Part shown: positions 7,296-17,094 of the stretch, one piece after another
Numbering within the stretch: the first letter of the stretch is position 1
How the letters are laid out: each line of letters begins with the position of its first letter
Source: an uncultured bacterium
GTDB taxonomy: Bacteria > Chloroflexota > UBA5177 > JANWHV01
Assembly (NCBI GenBank): GCA_963827235.1
Contig: CAWHAE010000018.1
Coordinates: forward strand, 288,001-352,000
Direction: 5' to 3'
Length of the DNA: 64,000 bases
Notes under the pieces: model-generated
Told to the model about the DNA's origin: nothing
The model's input: only the letters and a program-made list of their open reading frames with translations
The model's database searches: none
Position numbers and translations under genes: made by a program

Positions 7296-9275
7296 TCATG
7301 CCTGAGTTTGCCTCGTACTGATGACATGAGGCGTCGCTTCGTTGGAACCTGCGGCCGAGTCCTTCACGGACTGCGCGCTGGCCTGCACTGGCTGCTCATC
7401 CAAGGCGAGACGTAGCCGCACGCAGAAGGTGCTCCCCTGCGGGCCAGTTTCCGCCAGCTCCAGCGTGCCGTCCATTGCCTGGGCAAGCTGGCGCCCAAGG
7501 AACAAGCCTAGCCCCGTTCCCATCCGGCCTTGCCTGATCGGGCTACCTGCCAGCCGGCCGAACCGTGTGAACAGCCGCGCTTGGCTCTCGGCCGGAATGC
7601 CCGGCCCGTGGTCGCGCACCAGAACCTTCACGTCCGTTGCTTCTACCTCCCAACTGACGTCGATCAGGCTGCCCTCCGGCGAGTACTTGGCGGCATTGTC
7701 CAGCAGGTTAACCAGGATTTGCGTGAACCGCGCTGGGTCCGCGTGCACAAGGACTCCACGTGGCCCGGACGTCTGCACCTGCTGGCCGGAATAGCTGCCC
7801 TGCACCTCCGTCACTGCCAGGTCTACCTGGGAGGCCATGTTCGTCGCGCTGCAGTCCAGGCTCAGGGCATCCAGGTCCAGCCTGCTCACCAGCAAGAGAT
7901 CCTGTACCAGGCGAACCTGTCGGTTGGCCGACCACACGATTCGGCGCAAATGTTCGCGCCGCGAAACCTCATCCATTGAGGTCCATCGCGCCTCCAGCAA
8001 CTCCGCGTATCCCACAATCGCCGTCAACGGGGTGCGAAGCTCGTGGCTGACCGACGCCACAAAGTCGCCGCGCATGCGAGCCAGGTCTTCCGCTGCTTGC
8101 GCGCGTGCCTGCTCCTCCACGTACAGCCTGGCCCGGTCCAATGCCTGCGCGATCAGGCCTGCCACCGCCGTCAGAAACTCTCGGTCATCGTGGCTGAACT
8201 GCCGCGGCTCCCTGAATAACAGTCCCATGGCACCGATCGTCTTGCCCTCGATGCAGAGCGGCAGCCCGGCACTGGCCCGGTAGCCGCGCGGCGCCACGTC
8301 CCGTGCGAACCCAGGAAACTTGGAGGCCACCTGCGCCGCCGATTCCAGCCAGACTGGTCGCCCGGTCCGCACCGCCTCGCATGATGGCGCCGCGTCGGTG
8401 ATCGGTCTGCGAAGCGCGAAGCCCAGTTCCTTGTTCTGCCTGCTGGAAGCAACCTGTTCAAGCCAGGCGCCGTCGGCGCTCACGGTCCGTATGCTGCTCA
8501 CGGGAGCGTTCAGAACGAGCGCGCCAATGCTCATCACGCGCTCGCCGATCTCGGCCGGCGTGCAGGTCGAGGCCAGTGCAGCAGCAACTGTCTGCAGCGC
8601 GGATAAGCGCTCTTCGCGCCCCAACAGGGTCTCCGCCAGCACTTCCGCCTCGTGCCGCAAAATCTGCTCCCGTAGTACCGCTTGCTCGTAGTTGGAGAGT
8701 GCTGCGTGCGTCAACGCGAGACTCAATCCTATGAACACGAAGCCTGGTATCGGCATGAGTGTTGCAGGTGTGACCAAAGCGGTGCCGGAGATGATCGCTG
8801 CGCCGACGTATGCTAGCAAGTAAGTGAGGATTCGCACGGCCGCACGAATGTATGTGCCGTAGAGCGATGTGAACAACAGGCCTGGGAAGAAGACGCCGAG
8901 GCTAACTTCTGGCGACTGCACCCCCGCGATCAGCAGGAGCAGACTCCCGTCCACCAGGTCCGAGTACCACGAGCTGTCGCCCTGCACATATTGGTGCCAC
9001 CAGCGCCACACCAACGTCAGCACTGCAAGGAGCGTTGCCAGGCGCAAGGCCACGGGAGTACCTGCCCTCGCGAGAACGGTTGGCAGGAACATCGGGAAGA
9101 TTGAGAGTGTCAGGAGCAGGAACGCCCAGCGGACACGTGCAAGTAGCGTCGGAGGAGGTGGCCAGATGCCCAGTCGTCCGCCGAGGGTCAGTGCCCCGGA
9201 GCTATCAAGTCCCGGTGCGGGAACTGAAATGCGCCTCTTGCGATCGGAATACTGATTGCCCAGATTCTCAGCCAA
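7296..9275 (-). CDS. Membrane-bound GAF-domain sensor histidine kinase
   Basis: N-terminal TM helices, GAF (ASAGLPL...FSHDDREFL), H-box SHELRTPLTAI, N-box NLLDNAAKYS, DHGPGI, GTGLGL. Confidence 0.92.
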   Translation of the reverse strand: MAENLGNQYSDRKRRISVPAPGLDSSGALTLGGRLGIWPPPPTLLARVRWAFLLLTLSIFPMFLPTVLARAGTPVALRLATLLAVLTLVWRWWHQYVQGDSSWYSDLVDGSLLLLIAGVQSPEVSLGVFFPGLLFTSLYGTYIRAAVRILTYLLAYVGAAIISGTALVTPATLMPIPGFVFIGLSLALTHAALSNYEQAVLREQILRHEAEVLAETLLGREERLSALQTVAAALASTCTPAEIGERVMSIGALVLNAPVSSIRTVSADGAWLEQVASSRQNKELGFALRRPITDAAPSCEAVRTGRPVWLESAAQVASKFPGFARDVAPRGYRASAGLPLCIEGKTIGAMGLLFREPRQFSHDDREFLTAVAGLIAQALDRARLYVEEQARAQAAEDLARMRGDFVASVSHELRTPLTAIVGYAELLEARWTSMDEVSRREHLRRIVWSANRQVRLVQDLLLVSRLDLDALSLDCSATNMASQVDLAVTEVQGSYSGQQVQTSGPRGVLVHADPARFTQILVNLLDNAAKYSPEGSLIDVSWEVEATDVKVLVRDHGPGIPAESQARLFTRFGRLAGSPIRQGRMGTGLGLFLGRQLAQAMDGTLELAETGPQGSTFCVRLRLALDEQPVQASAQSVKDSAAGSNEATPHVISTRQTQA

Positions 9276-9656
9276 GGCTCCTCACGCAGCCAACGAAGGG
9301 TAGCGCAAGCGTCCCTTGTTGCCCACCGCAGGGTAACACCTGGCGGCAGGGCCCGCAATGACCTGCTTTGCCGCGGAGTGAAGCGCGTCAATCCTCTTGT
9401 CGGAGCCATCTGCAGCGCGATCCACGTCCGCTGGAGACGTGTTGAACAGCCATTCCTGAGTGCGAAGGTTACGTCATGACTGAGCTCGGCGCGGTGCCGA
9501 CGACGCGAGCAGTGCCATGAGTCGCCGCGCCGGCGCCGAGACGTGAACTCGTACGTTGTCCAATGGCTGTACTATGGTCGCAGGCGGCTGTGGAGGCCAG
9601 CCGCACGCACGGCGGGCCTACCGCCATCGCCCCGTGTGGAAGGGAGTCGGGACCCG

Positions 9657-10157
9657 ATGCACGTCCCTACCATAGTCGCTTTCGTGCGCTCGCTCTTGCA
9701 ACGTCGCGTCGTGCGCTACGCGATTGTCGGCGCCATCGGCGTGCCGATCAACCTGGGGTTCCTGTTCGTGTTTGGCGCGCTGCTGCACGGCCGGTTGGAT
9801 GGCGCGTGGGCAGACAGGCTGGCGTCAGCGCTCGCCTTCGAAGCCAGCGCGGTGATCAACCTCGTCGGCAACCAGCTCTTCACCTATCACGAGCAGAAGC
9901 ACGTGAGTGGCAGGGAATGGCTGCGACGAGGTATCAAGCTGCAGATGGCGAACATAACGCTTGCCTGGCTGATCACGCAGCTCGTACGGGAGATAGGAGG
10001 GGTCAACAAGTACCTCGCGCAGGCGCTTGGCATCGGCGGCAAATTCATCTTCAGCTTCCTCTTTGCCAACCGTTTCGTCTATCGGCCGACGACTGGCAAT
10101 GACCAGCCGGCGAAGCACAACGCGGGCAGTCGTGGCGTGAATATCGAATCGCAATAG
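9657..10157 (+). CDS. GtrA family membrane protein
   Basis: RYAIVGAIG..NL, NQLFTY, AQALGI...FLFANRFVY; about four TM segments. Confidence 0.75.
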   Translation: MHVPTIVAFVRSLLQRRVVRYAIVGAIGVPINLGFLFVFGALLHGRLDGAWADRLASALAFEASAVINLVGNQLFTYHEQKHVSGREWLRRGIKLQMANITLAWLITQLVREIGGVNKYLAQALGIGGKFIFSFLFANRFVYRPTTGNDQPAKHNAGSRGVNIESQ

Positions 10158-10175
10158 CACGACGCCTGTTTGGCC

Positions 10176-10958
10176 CTACCCGCCTGCGCCCTCCGCTGTC
10201 CCGGACACCAGGCTGTAACGCCCGCCCCTCGCGCATGCGGCGCCGGCCTGGCAGAGCGCCTCCACGGTAAGGCGCAGCCGCCTGCGCGACACCGGGGAGC
10301 TCATGCCCGTAATCGCTCCCAGCTGCTGTAGACTGAGCTCACCCTGCCGTCCAAGGGCCTCCAGGGTCACATGCACGTAGCGCGCGCTGCCGATCTCGGG
10401 CTGAGCCTCCAGGAGCTGCTGCACCAGCGCGGCCGTGCGCCGCCGGTCGAACCCGGGAGCGCTCGCCTTCTCCCCTGCCGTCGCTTCATCCTGAGCGGAG
10501 TCGACCTCAAACCCGTAAGCGGCGAGTGCCGAGACGACGACGCGCCTCAGCTCGTCCCGATCCGCGGACCGCAGCCCTGCCAGGTCCGAGATCAGGTGCT
10601 CGATGAGCGTCGCCGGCCGATGGTACGCCGCCTGCAGGCGCTCCATGGCCAGGCGCTGCTGCTGCAGGGCGAACCGGAGCCTGGCATTGCGGCGTTCCGC
10701 CACGGCGAGTCTGCTGCGAAGCGCCCTCAGCTCAGCGTACGGCGGCGGCGCGGACACCTGCGCCGGCGGCTCGGACCGGGCCTCCTCGCTCGCGGAATCG
10801 TCCGCTGATGCCTCCGGCTCTTGCCGGTGGGGGTGCAGGGCAATCGGCAGATGCAGAGCGCCGATCTTGGCGCGGCGGCCGGTGGTGCGCAGAAGTGCAA
10901 AGGCCGTGCGCCCTGCCGCGCCCACCAGGCTCTTGCGCTCGCCGTCCTGCCTAGACAC
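10176..10958 (-). CDS. Hypothetical protein, coiled coil plus possible C-terminal winged HTH
   Basis: GTG at 10958 overlaps the glpK stop and has a GGAG SD; heptad region [18 protein letters not shown]; [22 protein letters not shown]...LCQAG...GGRYSL. Confidence 0.55.
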   Translation of the reverse strand: MSRQDGERKSLVGAAGRTAFALLRTTGRRAKIGALHLPIALHPHRQEPEASADDSASEEARSEPPAQVSAPPPYAELRALRSRLAVAERRNARLRFALQQQRLAMERLQAAYHRPATLIEHLISDLAGLRSADRDELRRVVVSALAAYGFEVDSAQDEATAGEKASAPGFDRRRTAALVQQLLEAQPEIGSARYVHVTLEALGRQGELSLQQLGAITGMSSPVSRRRLRLTVEALCQAGAACARGGRYSLVSGTAEGAGG

Positions 10959-12435
10959 GGGCGCGCTCCACGGCCTTGACCCACTGGGCATAGCGGCCGG
11001 CCCTCTCGTCCTCGCCAATCCGCGGCTCGAACACCCGGTCGATGGCGCGGTGCGCTCCTAGCTCGTCCAGGCTCGTCCACACACCGGAGGCCAGGCCTGC
11101 CAGGTAGGCCGCGCCCAGAGCGGTCGTCTCGCTGATGCTCGGCCGCTCCACCGGAATGCCCAGCATGTCCGCCTGGAGCTGCATCAACAGATCGTTCGCC
11201 ACCGCGCCGCCGTCCACCCGTAGGACCTCGAGCCGCCGGCCGGTGTCGCGCTCCATACACCGCACCACGTCCACGGTCTGGAAGCAGATCGCTTCCAGAG
11301 CGGCCCGCGCCACGTGCCCCGCCGTGCTGTCCTGCGTCAGGCCGGCAATGATGCCGCGCGCCCCCGGATCCCAGTAGGGTGCTCCCAGCCCTACGAAGGC
11401 CGGCACGAATGAGACGCCGCCGCAGTCCGGCACGGTCGCGGCCAGCGTCTCCACCTCCGCAGCGCTGCCAATCACGCGCAAGCCGTCGCGCAGCCACTTG
11501 ACCACCGACCCGCCGATGAACACGCTCCCTTCCAGGGCGTAGGTGGTCACGCCGTCACGCCGCCAGCCGATGGTGGTGATCAGGTCATGGCGCGACGGCG
11601 CCGGCGTGGTCCCCGTGTTGAGCAGCAGGAAACACCCGGTGCCGTACGTGTTCTTGGCCATACCCGGTGACCAGCACGCCTGGCCGAAGGTCGCCGCCTG
11701 CTGGTCGCCGGCGATCCCCGCCAGCGGAATGCTCGCGCCGAACAGCCCGGATTCCGTCTCGCCATAGACTTCGCTGGAGGAGACGACGCGCGGCAGGATG
11801 GCGCGGGGAATGCACAGCCGCTCGAGCAGCACCGGATCCCACTCCTGTGCGTGGATATCGAAAAGCATGGTCCGCGACGCGTTGGAGACGTCCGTGACGT
11901 GCAGTCGCCCGCCCGTCAGGCGCCAGAGCAGGAATGCGTCGACCGTTCCGAAGGCCAGCTCACCGCGCTCGGCTTTCTGCCGCGCCCCGGGCACGTGCTC
12001 CAACAGCCAGTGCAGCTTGGTGGCGGAGAAATAGGGATCGATCACCAGCCCGGTCTTCTCGCGCACGTGCGCGGCAAGGCCCTCCTCGCGCAGCCGGGCG
12101 CACAGCGGGGCCGTGCGCCGGTCCTGCCAGACGATCGCGTTGTGGATGGGATAGCCGTTGGCCCGATCCCAGACGATCGTGGTCTCGCGCTGGTTCGTGA
12201 CGCCGATCGCCGCGATGGTCCCCGCATCGATCTCCTGGTCGCGAACGAGCTGCTGCGCCACGCCGAGCTGGCTCAGCCAGATGTCGTCCGGGTTGTGCTC
12301 CACCCAGCCGGGACTTGGGTAGGCCTGCGGAAACTCGCGCGCCACACCGGCCACCGGCCGCCCATGCTCGTCGAACAGGATTGCGCGCGAGCTTGTCGTC
12401 CCTTGATCGAGTGCCAGCACGTACTTCCCCGCCAC
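10951..12435 (-). CDS. glpK: Glycerol kinase
   Basis: [54 protein letters not shown]; AAGGAGG SD before GTG 12435. Confidence 0.97.
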   Translation of the reverse strand: MAGKYVLALDQGTTSSRAILFDEHGRPVAGVAREFPQAYPSPGWVEHNPDDIWLSQLGVAQQLVRDQEIDAGTIAAIGVTNQRETTIVWDRANGYPIHNAIVWQDRRTAPLCARLREEGLAAHVREKTGLVIDPYFSATKLHWLLEHVPGARQKAERGELAFGTVDAFLLWRLTGGRLHVTDVSNASRTMLFDIHAQEWDPVLLERLCIPRAILPRVVSSSEVYGETESGLFGASIPLAGIAGDQQAATFGQACWSPGMAKNTYGTGCFLLLNTGTTPAPSRHDLITTIGWRRDGVTTYALEGSVFIGGSVVKWLRDGLRVIGSAAEVETLAATVPDCGGVSFVPAFVGLGAPYWDPGARGIIAGLTQDSTAGHVARAALEAICFQTVDVVRCMERDTGRRLEVLRVDGGAVANDLLMQLQADMLGIPVERPSISETTALGAAYLAGLASGVWTSLDELGAHRAIDRVFEPRIGEDERAGRYAQWVKAVERARV

Positions 12436-12635
12436 CTCGTGCCTCCTTCGTGGCGACACTGCCACTGGCCATCACGGTCCGCGCCGCCCACGGCACCAGT
12501 GCTCCTCCGGGCAGTCATCCCCGACCCGCCGTTCCTCGCGGCCCATCACACAGGACTGCCCGCTGTCCGGACACAGTCCGCGACCATCTTCGCTTGCACG
12601 GTGAATCCGGCGGAGACTGTCGCCTTCCCGCGTCT

Positions 12636-13211
12636 TCAGCTGCCGAAGTCCTGATACACGGGCTGGCCGCGCCCATTGTAGGTAAGAATCGCGCGCACCT
12701 GGCCGGAATAGGTCACGTTGATCGTCACCTTGGAAGCGCTGGGATATCGAGCCTGGATCCTGGCAAACACGCTGTCGATAAAGGCCTCGCGGGTGGGCGC
12801 GTAGCCCCACACCCATTGCGAGTCAATCTCGTTCATGTTCAGGGTCACCTGGCCCACCTGCGTCACGAAGGTGTGATACGCGGACGTTCCCGGCGACGCG
12901 CTGCAGCCCGAAGTCGGCGCGACCTGAAGCTGCATGTCGAAGGTGTAGTTCTGCGACTCGGCGTAGGTGATCAGGTCCATATCGGCGTTGGCGGCATCGA
13001 GACAGTTACCGGCAAACTTGTCGAAGCCGGTCGACACGATCTGCGGTTGCTCGGTCGGGGCGACGGTCGGCGTCACCACCGGTGTGGTAACGGGTGGGGC
13101 GATCAACGAGATGGTCGACGACGAGCAGCCGCCCAGGGCAAGCACCATCGGCAGACACAGGGCACCGACAAGCGTTCTTCGCGGAAGTGCGCTTAGCGCG
13201 GAGCGTTTCAT
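12636..13211 (-). CDS. Hypothetical lipoprotein
   Basis: Basic N-terminus, hydrophobic stretch, LGGC lipobox, then Pro/Thr linker. Confidence 0.65.
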   Translation of the reverse strand: MKRSALSALPRRTLVGALCLPMVLALGGCSSSTISLIAPPVTTPVVTPTVAPTEQPQIVSTGFDKFAGNCLDAANADMDLITYAESQNYTFDMQLQVAPTSGCSASPGTSAYHTFVTQVGQVTLNMNEIDSQWVWGYAPTREAFIDSVFARIQARYPSASKVTINVTYSGQVRAILTYNGRGQPVYQDFGS

Positions 13212-13238
13212 AGGGAAGAGTGTCGCATATGATCGGCC

Positions 13239-14462
13239 TCATGGCCATGGTTGTTCGGGCCAATCCAGGAGGATTGCCTGCACCTTGCTACCGATCGCCA
13301 GATCCGGGCTACCCTCCGGCACCACGATCAAGGCGTTCACCGCCACCGCGGACTGCAGTAGGTGCGACTCCTGCTTGCCGGCGACGGCCGCGTGCCAGCC
13401 GTCATCCTTCCACGCGGCCAATGCGCGTACATAGTGCCGCCGGTCACTCGTGCCGGGAACGGGACTGTCCGCCTGCATGGCGATTGGGCGTCGCAGCAGC
13501 GCCACGTGGCCCGCCATCTTGCGCAGCATCGGCCGCGCGAACAGCTCGAAGGTCACGAACGCCGACAAAGGATTGCCCGGCAGTCCTAGAAAGGGCGTCC
13601 GGCCGGCGCTCCCAAAGGCGATCGGCTTGCCGGGACGCATGCGCACGCGCCAGAAGTCGACCCCGCCAAGCTCCTGGATGACGTCGCGCACCACGTCGTG
13701 GTCGCCTACGGACACACCGCCGGAGCTCACGATCATGTCGGCCGTCCTCCCCTCCTGCAGGGCCGCCAGCACCTCCTCGCGGCTGTCTCTCGCCACCGGC
13801 AACACGCGGGCCACGGCGCCTGCTTCCTGGATCTGGGCCGCCAGCATGGGCGCGTTGCTGTTCCGGATCTGCCCGGGCCCCGGTTTCTGGTCGACGCTCA
13901 CGAGCTCGTTCCCGGTGGAGAGCACCGCGACAACCGGTCGCCTGTGCACCGGCACACGGGCGTACCCGCACGAGGCCAGCAGGCCCACCTCGCCGGGTCG
14001 CAGCGACGTGCCGCGAGCTAGCACGATGGCGCCCCGTCGGTAGTCGTCGCCGGCGTGGCGAACGTACGCTCCGGGCGCCACCTGTGCGAGAATGTGTACC
14101 GTCCGCCGGTCGCCTGCCGTCTGCTCTATCGGCACTATCGCGTCGGCACCGGCAGGCATTGGAGCGCCGGTCATGATACGCGCGGCCGAGTCCGGCGTCA
14201 GTTGCAGCGACGGAGCATCGCCGGCGGCGATCTCGCCGATCACGGGCAGGATGCGCGGCCGGTCGGGCGAGGCGCCGCTCGTGCCCGCGGCCTGGACGGC
14301 AAAGCCATCCATCGCCGAGTTGGCAAACGGCGGCAGGTCGACGTCCGCGACCGCGTCGGCGGCGAGAACGCTGCCGAGTGCCTCGACGAGCGGCCTCTCC
14401 TCCGCATCCAGTCTCGTGACCGCTGCCAGCACTCTCTCCTGGGCTTCTTCGACTGAGAGCAT
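13239..14462 (-). CDS. moeA: Molybdopterin molybdotransferase MoeA
   Basis: PPFANSAMDGFAV, RIMTGAPMPAGADA, STGNEL, SSGGVSVGDHD, MRPGKP, GLPGNP; GGAGGT SD before ATG 14462. Confidence 0.96.
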   Translation of the reverse strand: MLSVEEAQERVLAAVTRLDAEERPLVEALGSVLAADAVADVDLPPFANSAMDGFAVQAAGTSGASPDRPRILPVIGEIAAGDAPSLQLTPDSAARIMTGAPMPAGADAIVPIEQTAGDRRTVHILAQVAPGAYVRHAGDDYRRGAIVLARGTSLRPGEVGLLASCGYARVPVHRRPVVAVLSTGNELVSVDQKPGPGQIRNSNAPMLAAQIQEAGAVARVLPVARDSREEVLAALQEGRTADMIVSSGGVSVGDHDVVRDVIQELGGVDFWRVRMRPGKPIAFGSAGRTPFLGLPGNPLSAFVTFELFARPMLRKMAGHVALLRRPIAMQADSPVPGTSDRRHYVRALAAWKDDGWHAAVAGKQESHLLQSAVAVNALIVVPEGSPDLAIGSKVQAILLDWPEQPWP

Positions 14463-14565
14463 TGCCACCTCCTACCGTTCGATTGTACCTGCCGGTATCG
14501 CAAAACCGCCTGCAATCTTCACTTGACACGCGGCCCGGAGATTTGTCTTGGGGTACAATTTGCTC

Positions 14566-16395
14566 GTGAGCATCGCGACTTTCCCCATCGAACACGCTTT
14601 TGACATTCTCCAACGGCCGGTCATCGAGGCGGCAGCTTACGCTCCTCTGGAGAGCGAGGCACTGCTCGCCTTGCTGGGCGAGGTCACCGCGCGCGGCCAC
14701 CCCTCCACGTGCGCGATTCTGGCCGCCATGGCCTCAATCCGCTCACGCCTGATCGAGGTGCATTCGCCGGAAGCCGCCCGTCTCTGGGATGATCTGCGCG
14801 ACGTAAGCCTGGCCCTGCGCGGCCCTCTTGTGGATTCTCTCAAGACGGCGTCCAGGGAGCAGCTCGACCAAGCCATCGCCTCCGTTCGGGCTCTCTCGGC
14901 CCCGGCGGCCGACGGCGACCTGCGGCCGCTCCTGGACGACTCGTCCCTGGTCCTGGCCGTAGCAGGAGATTTCAAGCGGGGCAAGTCCACGCTGATCAAC
15001 GCCCTGCTGGGCAGGCGCGTCTTGCCGACGCGCGTGGCGCCGGCGACCGCCGTGCCCTGCCTGCTGCGCGCCGGGCCGTCCACGGGTGCGCGCGTCTTCT
15101 ACAGCGACGACCGCGAGCCTCTGGCCGTGCCGATCGAAGATCTCGAGCGGTATGCCTGCATCGTGCTCCCGAACGACGACGAAGACCGGCTTGCCTTCCG
15201 CGAAGGCGTCGAGCGGATCGAGATCGAGCTGGAATCGGGTTTGCCGGCGGCCACGGTGCTGGTCGACCTTCCCGGTCTCAACGAGGAGCTGGACCGCGCG
15301 GAAACGGCTCGCGAAGTGGTGCGCCGGTCCGACGCAATCATCGTCGTCCTGTCCGCCACCCAACTGCTGGCCGAGAACGAGCTGCAGTTCGTCGAGACGC
15401 TCTGGTCGCAAGGGCACCGCGCCTTGACGTTCGCGGTGAATTTCGTCGACGGTCTGGAAGACTACGAGATCCGCACGGTGCGCGAGCGCTGCGCCGCAAT
15501 CTTGCGGCCGTTTGGCGGCGTGCTGGGAGGGAATATCCTTCTGCTCAGCGCCCGCCACGCTCTGCGGGCACAACTGGCAGGTGAGGCCGCGCCGCAATCC
15601 TCTGGACTGCCGGATCTCAAGGACCACATCCGGACGCACGTGCTGAGCCAGGCAGACACGATCTGGCGGGTGTCGCGCCTGCGCCAGGTCGTAGATCACC
15701 TCGATCAGGCCGAGGAAGAAGCCGGCGTCGAGGCGCTCAGGCAACAGGTCGAAGTGCAGCAGGCGCAGACAGAATACGATAGCATTGCGCAGAGGCTGCA
15801 GAAGGCGCATCGCATCTATGCTGACGGCGATCTGGCCACGGCGCACGACATCGCCTTGCGCCGGAAGCGCATAGCGGACTATGATGCGCAATTCGATAGT
15901 CGCTGGGCGCTGCTCTCCGCCGAGCTTCAGGACCGCTTCAAGCACGAGAGCCTGCCCTGGATCTGGCAGAAGGCCCGCGGCTGGTTGCGCGACGCCCTGA
16001 TCCAGGCGATTCGTGAAGTGCACCCGCAGGTCACGCCGAGGCCTGAGGGATATCTGCGCATCAGCGTTGCACCAGGGCTGCGTGTCGGGCGCGACGCCCT
16101 GATGGCCTTCTACATGCAGGAAGCCTGGCGCGAATGGCGGCGGTTCACCGGGCCTGCGTGGCAGGCGCGCCGCCGTGAGCTGGAGGAAGCGCTCGCCGAG
16201 GCGGAACGGGAACAAAAGCGGCTGGCAGAGAACCGCGAGGCAAGCTGGGCGCCGCTGGCCGCGAGACGAGCGGCGCTGCACACCGAGATCGAAGCGGGAA
16301 CCGAGGCAACCACCGCCTCGGTGCAACGGGCGTCCGCGGCCGCCGCTGCCCTGCAGTCCGCGCTGCAAGCCATGGACCGGCATCTGGGCCGCTGA
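14566..16395 (+). CDS. Bacterial dynamin-like protein (dynamin family GTPase)
   Basis: G1 GDFKRGKSTLINALLG, G2 PATA, G3 VDLPG, G4 VNFVD, then a long helical/coiled-coil stalk. Start set at GTG 14566, 6 nt after TACAAT. Confidence 0.85.
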   Translation: MSIATFPIEHAFDILQRPVIEAAAYAPLESEALLALLGEVTARGHPSTCAILAAMASIRSRLIEVHSPEAARLWDDLRDVSLALRGPLVDSLKTASREQLDQAIASVRALSAPAADGDLRPLLDDSSLVLAVAGDFKRGKSTLINALLGRRVLPTRVAPATAVPCLLRAGPSTGARVFYSDDREPLAVPIEDLERYACIVLPNDDEDRLAFREGVERIEIELESGLPAATVLVDLPGLNEELDRAETAREVVRRSDAIIVVLSATQLLAENELQFVETLWSQGHRALTFAVNFVDGLEDYEIRTVRERCAAILRPFGGVLGGNILLLSARHALRAQLAGEAAPQSSGLPDLKDHIRTHVLSQADTIWRVSRLRQVVDHLDQAEEEAGVEALRQQVEVQQAQTEYDSIAQRLQKAHRIYADGDLATAHDIALRRKRIADYDAQFDSRWALLSAELQDRFKHESLPWIWQKARGWLRDALIQAIREVHPQVTPRPEGYLRISVAPGLRVGRDALMAFYMQEAWREWRRFTGPAWQARRRELEEALAEAEREQKRLAENREASWAPLAARRAALHTEIEAGTEATTASVQRASAAAAALQSALQAMDRHLGR

Positions 16396-16410
16396 TCCGC
16401 CGCGACCGGC

Positions 16411-17073
16411 TCAGGCTCCCACGCCCACCCACGCCTCGCCGTCCAGGAAGACTTCCTTCTTCCAGATCGGGACCGTCTCCTTGACGCGGTCGATGGCCCA
16501 GCGGCACGCTTCGAATGCGGCGGCGCGGTGAGCGCTCGCCACGGCAATGGCCACGCTGGACTCGCCGATCTCCAGCCTGCCGATGCGGTGCTCCATCGCC
16601 ACGCTGCAGCCGGGCCACTGCTCCTCGATCCGGCGCGCAATCGCCTCCATCTCGCGCACGGCCAGGTCGTCGTAGGCTTCATACTCCAGGTAGCACACCG
16701 GCTTGCCGGAATCTGATCTCTCGCGCACCACGCCCACGAACGTCACCACGGCACCGTGACGTGCAGCCACCACCTCTGCCTCGAGGGCACGCACGTCGAT
16801 CGGAACGCGCACCAACCGGCAGCGGGCTGAGCCGCCGCTGACCGGGGGCAGGAACGTCACCTCGTCGCCCTCGCGCAGCACGGCGTCACGATCCGCGTAG
16901 TCACCGTTGACGGCCACCAGCAGCGAGCCCCAGAGCAAGGGCAATCTCTCGTGTCCCTCCGTGCAGCGGAGCCAAACATCTCGTACCGTGCAGCCATCAG
17001 GCATGTTGAGCCGGTCGCCGGAGCGACCAAGCTGCTCGCGGAAGTAGGCGAAGTAGCGAACGCGGATGTCCAT
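16411..17073 (-). CDS. moaE: Fused molybdopterin synthase MoaD-MoaE (MoaX-like)
   Basis: VRYFA..RE..G, VAVN, FLPPVSGG (MoaD), then GAVVTFVGVVR, LEYEAY, HRIGRL, SAHRAAAF, KETVPIWKKE (MoaE). Confidence 0.93.
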   Translation of the reverse strand: MDIRVRYFAYFREQLGRSGDRLNMPDGCTVRDVWLRCTEGHERLPLLWGSLLVAVNGDYADRDAVLREGDEVTFLPPVSGGSARCRLVRVPIDVRALEAEVVAARHGAVVTFVGVVRERSDSGKPVCYLEYEAYDDLAVREMEAIARRIEEQWPGCSVAMEHRIGRLEIGESSVAIAVASAHRAAAFEACRWAIDRVKETVPIWKKEVFLDGEAWVGVGA

Positions 17074-17094
17074 GGTGTTAGTATGACATGCGAT

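Noticed and set aside
7296-9420. Apparently lower-GC kinase region as a horizontally acquired island
   Set aside because: The compositional shift is only an impression I cannot quantify, and no integrase, att site or flanking repeats are visible.
14743-16383. Long antisense ORFs (546 aa here; also 35234..37045, 51552..53333, 55175..56815)
   Set aside because: These are shadow ORFs opposite well-supported genes, expected at high GC, with no recognisable motifs.
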